DNA of 52,628 nt. Source: a virus (Duplodnaviria; Caudoviricetes). Position numbers and translations under genes: made by a program. Shown here piece after piece: positions 46,030-52,628 of this stretch (the first letter of the stretch is position 1; each line of letters begins with the position of its first letter). The notes beneath the pieces are model-generated. The model searched no databases. It was not told where the DNA came from and saw nothing but the letters and a program-made list of their open reading frames with translations. The DNA lies in IMG/VR virus record IMGVR_UViG_3300028388_005745, positions 1 through 52,628 of that record; one strand, 5' to 3'.

Positions 46030-46497
46030 ATGAGAAACTGTACAGATGCACAAGATCGCTTGGGCTTAGGCGGCATGGACACAGGTGCTGAACAACGCGT
46101 TACAAGGCGCATGGGCTCAACAAAAGAAAAAAACGTAACAGGATTACGCCACCTTCGTAAGAATAGCGTCAACCAAAACCCAATTCCTCGGAAAAGGGGC
46201 GGTGCGTGCCATGGTGGTAAAAGGCAAAAACGTTTTATTGGGGGTCTTCTCAAAGGCGCTACAAAATTACTAGGCGGTGTGGCTAAGCCATTCCTTAACA
46301 TGGTCGGCCTTGGTGGCGGCGGGGGAAATAGTTCACCAGCACTACAACCACAATATCAGCCCCCACAACCTCAATACCAACCTCGTCAGCCCCAATACCT
46401 GCCTCAAAGCAATCAAGGTGGCTATGGTGGTGGCGGTTATGGTCAAATGGGACCAGCTTACTATAAAAAAGGTGGTCGGGTTCGTCGGAAGAAATAA
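46030..46497 (+). CDS. Basic low-complexity protein, possible internal head protein
   Basis: RKRGG, RFIGG, YKKGGRV motifs; amphipathic helix; QPQY repeats. Confidence 0.65.
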   Translation: MRNCTDAQDRLGLGGMDTGAEQRVTRRMGSTKEKNVTGLRHLRKNSVNQNPIPRKRGGACHGGKRQKRFIGGLLKGATKLLGGVAKPFLNMVGLGGGGGNSSPALQPQYQPPQPQYQPRQPQYLPQSNQGGYGGGGYGQMGPAYYKKGGRVRRKK

Positions 46498-46554
46498 TTT
46501 GAAATAAAATGTGCCTTTGATATAAAAAATAGAAGATTAACGCAAATAATAAAA

Positions 46555-46836
46555 ATGAATTTAAATTTAAATGAACTATATAATTTTTTCCAAGAATCTA
46601 TGAACGAGATGAGGGCACTTAGTGATGAGGCCGAAGCGCAAAAACAACAAGCGCTTGGGGTTCAGCAAACCACCGCTAAGTGTTCTCAAATCGTCAAAGC
46701 CCTTTTTGAAAAAATCGTCAAACCTTTGAAAGAAGCGCAAGAACCTGAGGGTGAAAAAGAAGAAGTTGGAACTAAAGAAAAAATGGAATGGCATGCCACT
46801 ATAGATGCTAAAGAAGAAGTGACAGAAAAAAAATAA
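46555..46836 (+). CDS. Hypothetical coiled-coil protein
   Basis: 93 aa upstream of the GroES-like gene. Confidence 0.6.
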   Translation: MNLNLNELYNFFQESMNEMRALSDEAEAQKQQALGVQQTTAKCSQIVKALFEKIVKPLKEAQEPEGEKEEVGTKEKMEWHATIDAKEEVTEKK

Positions 46837-46852
46837 ATCTGAAAGAGAAAAT

Positions 46853-47455
46853 ATGTCGAAAGAAATGCGCGAGAACTTACCCGAAAATATCCATAGATTT
46901 ACCGAACATCCTTTAAACTTAGACAATAAATGGGTCGCCCCCTCACCTGATCACTATTCAGCCCTTAAGGGTAAAGAGTGGACTGCTGAGGAAATCACCG
47001 ATTTTATCAAAGAACATTGTCAAGGTTTGGACTTGCACCGCCCTTCTAACCATTGGGTGTTGATGTGGTCCCCATACATAGAAATACCTGCTGTTTCACC
47101 AGCGGGTATTCTTATTCCAGAAAGTGCCCGTCGGAAGCAAAAGCACGCGCTCAATTTACAAGTGGGTCTTATTTTAGATTATGGGCCTAACACATGTTTG
47201 GGTGTGAGTCGTTATCCTACGGGAATTCTTTTCGAACGCGGTCAGTGGTATAACTATGTGACTTACGACATTCAACGTACTCTTTACATTCCGGAATTAC
47301 CTCTTGAAGAAGGTGATAACAAATTTGATGTTATCGATGGTCAAATCATTACACGAGATACAAAACCCCGTCCTTTTGAACTTCGTTTTGTTCGTGATGA
47401 TGCTTTACAAGGTCCAGCGAACTACGAGCAGGTAAAGTCTATTTTTGAAAACTAA
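46853..47455 (+). CDS. GroES-like co-chaperonin
   Basis: RP..HWVL, SPAGILIPESA mobile loop, VG.ILDYGP, LRFVRDD; position before scaffold. Confidence 0.65.
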   Translation: MSKEMRENLPENIHRFTEHPLNLDNKWVAPSPDHYSALKGKEWTAEEITDFIKEHCQGLDLHRPSNHWVLMWSPYIEIPAVSPAGILIPESARRKQKHALNLQVGLILDYGPNTCLGVSRYPTGILFERGQWYNYVTYDIQRTLYIPELPLEEGDNKFDVIDGQIITRDTKPRPFELRFVRDDALQGPANYEQVKSIFEN

Positions 47456-47478
47456 TACATAGCTAGGGAGGCTATATA

Positions 47479-48651
47479 ATGGAATCACCAACTTCAATGA
47501 CAATTGATGAATTAATTTCGGATAAGATTGACGATTCGGGGGTAGGAGATGTCGAGAAAAAGGGAGATCTTGAGAGAAAAATCGGAATGGCCGATTATTC
47601 CCATGAAAGCGAGAAAGAAGTTGTTCAGGATGAAAATAATGAGGACATATCGGATAAAGATCTGACCTTAGACCATAATGAATATTCTAACTACGAAGAC
47701 GACAATCAAGAGGATTCTGACAAATCTTATGAAGCTGACGCGGAATCACGGGAAGCTGATGAAGAAGGTGACGAACGCGAAGAAAGTCGTAAGCCCAAGA
47801 AGAAGAATAAGCGCCCTTCGTTAAATGAGCGTCGTGAGCGGGAATTAGAAGAGCGAAGAGCCCGTGAACGTGCCTTACAAGAAGAAGTCTTTAAACTTTC
47901 CAATCAAGTTAAGTACTTAAGGGATACCGTTAAGACCTCAACAAGTCATTTGGCCCAAACCGAAGAAGAGAGATATCTTGATATCATTTCTGAGGCTAAG
48001 CGTGAATATGAGCAAGCCGCCGAGTATGGAGATACAGACGCGCAATTTCGTGCCATGAATGTGCTTATGGAAGCTAAGATGCAGGCTAAAGAGCTTCAAG
48101 AGCAAAAGAAGAATCTTCAAAGTTATTGGCAAGATAGCGAAACCGAAGAAGAGCCTTTGTATTTTGGGCAAGATTATTACAATGAGCCCGAACAACAGCA
48201 ATCAAATCCAGTTGTTGATGACTTTCTGCGTAAAAACCCCTGGGTCAATAATCCACATGTAGCCCCTATTTTTGAACAAACTATGAATGAAATCGCACCG
48301 CAATGGGTTATTTCAGGTCGGGAAGATCCTTATAGTGATCCGAAGTTTTTCAATGAAGTTTCAAGAAAGGTGCGCAACAAATTTGGTGTAAAGAGTGTGC
48401 CAAATCCTGAATCTCGTAATGTAGCTTCGGGCATTAGTCATGATTCTTATTATGAGCCCTTTGAGCCGCGTGCGAACCCCAAGCGTCCATGGGAACGTAT
48501 TAAGCTTACACCTCATCAAGAACGCTTAGCGGATAAGATCATGGGTATGAATGAGGCGGCCCAAGGAAAGCCGTTAAGTACTGCGCAAAAGATAGAGCGC
48601 TACAAAAAGAATTTGTACTACTCACCCAAAACCAACACAATGGAAATCTAA
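47479..48651 (+). CDS. Putative capsid scaffolding protein
   Basis: Acidic N-terminus, coiled coil, A.E.GD.D, NPW, C-terminal IKLT..Q...A...G......Y. Confidence 0.65.
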   Translation: MESPTSMTIDELISDKIDDSGVGDVEKKGDLERKIGMADYSHESEKEVVQDENNEDISDKDLTLDHNEYSNYEDDNQEDSDKSYEADAESREADEEGDEREESRKPKKKNKRPSLNERRERELEERRARERALQEEVFKLSNQVKYLRDTVKTSTSHLAQTEEERYLDIISEAKREYEQAAEYGDTDAQFRAMNVLMEAKMQAKELQEQKKNLQSYWQDSETEEEPLYFGQDYYNEPEQQQSNPVVDDFLRKNPWVNNPHVAPIFEQTMNEIAPQWVISGREDPYSDPKFFNEVSRKVRNKFGVKSVPNPESRNVASGISHDSYYEPFEPRANPKRPWERIKLTPHQERLADKIMGMNEAAQGKPLSTAQKIERYKKNLYYSPKTNTMEI

Positions 48652-48672
48652 ATCTCATAAGGGAGGCCAAAT

Positions 48673-49224
48673 ATGAGAAACAAACCAACAGTCGGTGACA
48701 GCCGAACAATTGACGAACGTGTAAATGAAACCCGCGAGGCCGAAAGCCCGTACCAAGCAATTCGATATAAGCGCATACCACCTGAGATCATTCCCGAAGG
48801 AATGGTGTATGGATGGATTACATGCAGTTCACGTAATGAGGAGTTCATTGATAACTTATCTTCTTCATTGGGGCGTGGTTGGAAGCCGGTTGCGAGTTCC
48901 CGTCATCCGAAGTTTACAAACTATATGAACCATCTAAGTCTTTATCCCGCTGCAATTCGGGAACGTTATCAAGAATACATTTTGGATGTTGATCAAATCT
49001 TGTGTGAAATGCCCAAGGAAGATTACCACGAACATATTGAAAACTGTAACAGGCAACGTGATGAATCTTACCGTGTGGCGTTTTCTGGACAAGATGTTAA
49101 CCGTGGCATTACTCCTAACCAACAAATGCGTGGGCTCACAGCTGAACAAGCTGCCCGCTATACGCAAGGTCCCGGGGCATACATGTTAAATCCACAATCC
49201 CATGGACCTGCGCGTCCTTTCTAA
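48673..49224 (+). CDS. Conserved head-module protein
   Basis: PEG..YGW...GW.PV....HP...ILCEMP motif; between scaffold and capsid genes. Confidence 0.6.
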   Translation: MRNKPTVGDSRTIDERVNETREAESPYQAIRYKRIPPEIIPEGMVYGWITCSSRNEEFIDNLSSSLGRGWKPVASSRHPKFTNYMNHLSLYPAAIRERYQEYILDVDQILCEMPKEDYHEHIENCNRQRDESYRVAFSGQDVNRGITPNQQMRGLTAEQAARYTQGPGAYMLNPQSHGPARPF

Positions 49225-49225
49225 A

Positions 49226-49564
49226 ATGCGCACGATAAATAAAGTTATCTTAGTGGGGTACATCACTGAACCTTTTTTTAAGGCTTTATCAGATGATAAG
49301 GAGCTCATTTGCTTTTCGGTATGTACCCAACGCGCAGTCAAGTCTAAGAATGGAACTTGGGAACAAGTGCCCAACTGGATAAATGTAAAGACAATCCAAA
49401 ACCTGAAAAATCCTTATTTCGACCATCTACAAAAAGGGTCTAAAGTCTTTGTAGAAGGTGAATTAATTTGCGAATCTAGCAAGGATAATGAAGGCCATTA
49501 CAAGAACGAAAGTTACGTTCGCGTGGTATCAGGTATTCACAATATAATAATAGTTCATAATTAA
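49226..49564 (+). CDS. ssb: Single-stranded DNA-binding protein lacking the acidic C-terminal tail
   Basis: INKVILVGY...P...FSV.T...W....W...LQKGSKVFVEGEL; ends IIIVHN. Confidence 0.85.
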   Translation: MRTINKVILVGYITEPFFKALSDDKELICFSVCTQRAVKSKNGTWEQVPNWINVKTIQNLKNPYFDHLQKGSKVFVEGELICESSKDNEGHYKNESYVRVVSGIHNIIIVHN

Positions 49565-49575
49565 ATTATCTTTAA
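49561..49575. promoter_or_regulatory. CtrA box TTAA-N7-TTAA
   Basis: TTAA-ATTATCT-TTAA at the start of the gap upstream of the capsid operon. Confidence 0.55.
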
Positions 49576-49761
49576 ATTGAAATGGTTTTGTTTTCATGAG
49601 AAAATAAACAAAATTACAGTAAATCGTGCCTGTTCGCGTTTGTAATAGATTTTAATATTTATATTCGTACGTAATTCGTGCTGTGGTCGCGTTGTATATG
49701 AAAAAGCAACATCGCTTTTTGCGAACCCTTTGTAATACCAAGGGATCATCATTCAATAGTC

Positions 49762-49779
49762 AATAGTTTATTTTAGGGA
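49762..49779 (+). promoter_or_regulatory. 18-bp leader/RBS motif, copy 2
   Basis: Identical to 10635-10652. Confidence 0.65.
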
Positions 49780-49787
49780 GTCTTATT

Positions 49788-50414
49788 ATGTCTTTTACGA
49801 CAGATAGCCCTTTTGGATTGCAGGTCTCGGGTACATTTGGGGCTGCATCTTATAATGGGGCCATTAAAAAATTCCGGGCTGATCCAACGAAGAGTTTCTT
49901 TGCTGGTGATCCTGTCACAATTAGTAATGAAGGTTTGTTAGTTCCTGCGCTTGCTGGAACAGCAGCTGGATATCAAGCGCCTATCGGCGTTTTCGTTCAA
50001 TGTAAATATAGTTCTGCGAATTTCCAAGTGGGCCAAGTTGATGTAAGCAATCACTTCATCGCTAACTCACCTTTACTCGCCAACACACCGCTTTTTGGAT
50101 TTGTTGAAACATGTCCTTTAACTGTATATCGCATTCAAGCCAATGGCGCGATGGCACTTACAAACATCGGAAACAACTTTAACTGGGCTGCACCAGCCGG
50201 TGGTGGAAACACAGTAAGTGGAATGTCTAAGTATGTTTTGGACTTTTCTGCTGGTCCTGTGAACAACACGGTTGCTTCAAACCTTAAGGTCTTAGGATTT
50301 TGGGAAGTATCAGGAAACGAGAAAATTTACACAACACCTGCGGATGTACCATATCCAGTCGTCGAAGTGATGATCAATGATCACTTTGTAAAAGCAGGAA
50401 CACTAGGAAGTTAA
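49788..50414 (+). CDS. Capsid-associated (decoration/cement-like) protein
   Basis: D.PFGL, F.GD.V, GVF..C.Y, G....G.S, V.IN.H motifs; directly upstream of MCP. Confidence 0.6.
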   Translation: MSFTTDSPFGLQVSGTFGAASYNGAIKKFRADPTKSFFAGDPVTISNEGLLVPALAGTAAGYQAPIGVFVQCKYSSANFQVGQVDVSNHFIANSPLLANTPLFGFVETCPLTVYRIQANGAMALTNIGNNFNWAAPAGGGNTVSGMSKYVLDFSAGPVNNTVASNLKVLGFWEVSGNEKIYTTPADVPYPVVEVMINDHFVKAGTLGS

Positions 50415-50426
50415 AGGAATTAAACA

Positions 50427-51338
50427 ATGAGTAGTTCAACAATCACAACAGGTAATTTTCCTTCGTCCTTGTGGCCGGGAATTAGAGATTATTTTTCCGA
50501 CTGGAAAAGTATGTCTTCACCTTACAAGCAAATCTTTACCACACTAAAATCTGACAAATCCGTCGAAGTCGATCTTTTGTATCAAGGGACTCCAGAAGCC
50601 CCTACAAAAGCTGAGGGCGCGGCAACAGATCTCGTGGGTATGGGACAAGCCTTTTATACAACATACAAGCACATCACGTATTCTATCGGTCTCGTGATGA
50701 CACGGGATTTGATCATGGATAACCAATATCCTGATGAATTCCCACATTTGGCACGCAACTTAAAAACATCATTGATGCAAGCGACAAACACGCAAGCAGC
50801 TAATGTTTTTAACAATGCTTTTGATGCCAACCATCCTATTGGTGACGGCGCACCTTTGTGCGGTAACCATCCCATGGCCAACGGTGATACGCTTGTTAAC
50901 TACTTTGCGAACCCCACACAGCTTTCAGAGTCAGCTGTAAAGCAAGCTTACTTGCTCATTCAAAAATATCGAAATGATGCAGGTATCTTGATGAACTACC
51001 GTCCTGAAAAGCTTATCATTGGACCAGAAAATGAATTCCCTGCCGAAGTTTTGACACGTTCAAAATATCGTACAGGCACAGGCAACAACGACATAAACCC
51101 CGTTGAAAGCTTGGGCATTTTCCCCAAAGGATATGTAGTTAACAACTATTTCTCAAATCCTTATGCGTGGTTTATTCAAACAGACTGTCCCGTTGGATTT
51201 AAACACTATGAGCGCTATCCATTAACGTTTAACGTTCATACTGATTATTCAACACAAAACGTGATTACAACCGCAACATTACGTCAATCTTTCGGTTGTT
51301 CAAACCCACGGGCTGTCTTCGGTAGTGCAGGAGCGTAA
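50427..51338 (+). CDS. Major capsid protein (HK97 fold, Mu gpT-like)
   Basis: LWPG, K.EG, Y.H.TY..G, AANVFNNAF...GDG..LC..HP, P.KLII.P, NDINP, AWFI.TD.P.G. Confidence 0.9.
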   Translation: MSSSTITTGNFPSSLWPGIRDYFSDWKSMSSPYKQIFTTLKSDKSVEVDLLYQGTPEAPTKAEGAATDLVGMGQAFYTTYKHITYSIGLVMTRDLIMDNQYPDEFPHLARNLKTSLMQATNTQAANVFNNAFDANHPIGDGAPLCGNHPMANGDTLVNYFANPTQLSESAVKQAYLLIQKYRNDAGILMNYRPEKLIIGPENEFPAEVLTRSKYRTGTGNNDINPVESLGIFPKGYVVNNYFSNPYAWFIQTDCPVGFKHYERYPLTFNVHTDYSTQNVITTATLRQSFGCSNPRAVFGSAGA

Positions 51339-51340
51339 CA

Positions 51341-52174
51341 ATGGCATCAACATATGGAACTAACTTTGGTGACGGGGTTCGTGTAGGAACTGTTGCAAAT
51401 TCAAGTGTTGACGAAGGTGCATGGGGCGTTCCTCTTTCGCCCTATTACACTTATCGTATTATCCCTGAAGCTGCGGTGACTACAAACTTAAGAGCCGCGG
51501 CCGCCATTGATGCAGCCGGGACCTTGACACTTACAGCAGGTGCAGGGGTCACAACCAAAACAGATGCTTCATATGCTTATGGTGAGTTTATCTATGAATT
51601 GGATGTACCTCGGACACTTGTCTTTACACCTGTAAACACTGTGAATGATGTTGTTGTGACTGTTTCTGGATATGGCTTTTATGGGGGTAAACTCGTTGAG
51701 AATATTACTATTCCTGATGGAAGCAGCGCGGTAGAAAGCCTTTCTGCTTTTAAAGCCGTTCACAGCATTCAATCCCAAGGCGCAACCGGTGGGGGTACAA
51801 TGGCTATTGGCACAGGAAACTCTTTTGGGTTACCTTTCCGTATGACATCAGCATCTGATATCGTTTTTATGTGGAACGATGTCCCTGATTATGTCATTGG
51901 TGCCGATGCAGCTGATCCTTTGGTGTTGGGCGGATTCTTTACACCTGCGTTTACCGCAAGTGCCGGAAGTCCCGTCACGGCTACCACAGGTGATGTGCGT
52001 GGCCTTTATAAGCCTAATGTCACAGAGCAAGCCCCGGATGATGCGACAATCTTGAATTTAAGAATGTATCTCTATTATGCAGATCCTATCTATACAAGAG
52101 AAACAAATCTTGATGATGATGCGCTCAAAGCCAGCATTTATGGAAACATTGAATACAAAACAGGTTGGTTGTAA
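51341..52174 (+). CDS. Virion structural protein (head fibre/decoration-like)
   Basis: LDVPR....VTVSGY..YG..L.E...AFK.V; G.G..FGLP; AT.TTGDVRG.Y.P. Confidence 0.65.
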   Translation: MASTYGTNFGDGVRVGTVANSSVDEGAWGVPLSPYYTYRIIPEAAVTTNLRAAAAIDAAGTLTLTAGAGVTTKTDASYAYGEFIYELDVPRTLVFTPVNTVNDVVVTVSGYGFYGGKLVENITIPDGSSAVESLSAFKAVHSIQSQGATGGGTMAIGTGNSFGLPFRMTSASDIVFMWNDVPDYVIGADAADPLVLGGFFTPAFTASAGSPVTATTGDVRGLYKPNVTEQAPDDATILNLRMYLYYADPIYTRETNLDDDALKASIYGNIEYKTGWL

Positions 52175-52628
52175 ATGAACGTAATCAATCTCACATGGGA
52201 AGGTGCGCCCTCACCCGAGTTCTTTGCAGAAATTCAAAGCACTCCGGGGGCAGCCGCCCTTGCATTAAAAGGTGGTGGCGAAGTGAGTATCCCTCATTTT
52301 CAACGCACCTTAACGCTTACCAGTGATTTTGATAATTCAGGTACTGATTTTACCATTATAGGTAAGAATGTGTTGGGTCAGTCCGTCAGTGTGACAACGG
52401 CGGGCCCCAATGCAACCACCTTGGAACTTGGAACCCAAATCCAAAGTGTTAGCTCTATTACTTCTAATGGCGCTGTTGTGGCGTTATCAGTAGGATATGG
52501 AACCGGTGGAAAAACAGCATGGCTTGTCACCAACAGTGATAATATTATGTATCAGGCATCTGTCGAAACAGATGTTGATGGTGTGGTAAGCTATTCCGGA
52601 TATCGCACAAGTTGGAATATCCATGATA
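52175..52628 (+). CDS. Virion structural protein (5' part, runs off window end)
   Basis: ATG immediately after the previous TAA; open for 151 codons (MNVINLTWEG...RTLTLTS...FTIIG...GPNATT). Confidence 0.7.
   Translation, partial: MNVINLTWEGAPSPEFFAEIQSTPGAAALALKGGGEVSIPHFQRTLTLTSDFDNSGTDFTIIGKNVLGQSVSVTTAGPNATTLELGTQIQSVSSITSNGAVVALSVGYGTGGKTAWLVTNSDNIMYQASVETDVDGVVSYSGYRTSWNIHD

Larger units (their letters stand above)
1..52628. mobile_element. Near-complete, circularly permuted podovirus-type tailed phage genome
   Basis: TerL, portal, major capsid, scaffold, adaptor/nozzle, tail fibres, ejection proteins and GH24 endolysin all present; no host housekeeping genes; the ORF running off the right end and the ORF remnant at 1-78 look like two ends of one structural gene. 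Confidence 0.95.

Noticed and set aside
537-52030. Numerous short antisense and alternate-frame ORFs in the track (e.g. 2122-2478, 14445-14918, 26107-26559, 46576-46926)
   Set aside because: Nested in well-supported genes, lacking RBS or motifs; treated as shadow ORFs
52264-52284. LKGGGEV as another GG tag
   Set aside because: Begins with Leu and lies within a beta-rich structural protein; probably a turn, not counted
1-52628. CRISPR array, diversity-generating retroelement, retron, intron/intein, integrase
   Set aside because: No regularly spaced repeats, no reverse transcriptase (YxDD) ORF, no splicing motifs in TerL or portal, no tyrosine or serine recombinase motifs recognised
1-52628. 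Alternative genetic code or stop-codon recoding
   Set aside because: Long genes are intact and tightly packed under the standard code; TAA, TGA and TAG all end genes

Overview
The window is a nearly complete, circularly permuted genome (~52.6 kb) of a tailed dsDNA phage with podovirus-type organisation. It has adaptor/nozzle and tail-fibre genes (0.3-10.6 kb), four large internal/ejection-protein genes (10.7-19.7 kb), a leftward accessory operon starting from a divergent switch region (19.7-24.7 kb), a replication initiator with a DnaA-N-like domain plus VRR-NUC (25.5-27.1 kb), dispersed packaging genes (putative TerS 28.4 kb, TerL 32.3 kb, portal 37.8 kb) interleaved with accessory genes, then endolysin, a GroES-like protein, scaffold, SSB and major capsid protein (45.5-52.6 kb). 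No integrase, DNA polymerase, helicase, primase, tape measure or tail sheath gene was recognised. Three perfect intergenic CtrA boxes, the DnaA-N-type initiator, a signal-peptide patatin, a Sel1 protein and small secreted proteins suggest an alphaproteobacterial, possibly intracellular (Rickettsiales/Holosporales-like) host; this is inference. Most notable observations: (i) a hydrophobic-x-x-G-G-x-V motif and a shared NPxxGxPxF domain recur across the internal virion proteins and sit directly in front of cationic amphipathic, antimicrobial-peptide-like helices, a candidate processing and membrane-breaching system; (ii) a dif-like XerC/D site in an integrase-free genome; (iii) hairpins occluding the TerL and endolysin start sites; (iv) a tail-less SSB paired with an ERF recombinase carrying an SSB-like C-terminal tip; (v) a catalytically degenerate Fic protein. 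All calls come from reading the sequence by eye; no database searches were run.
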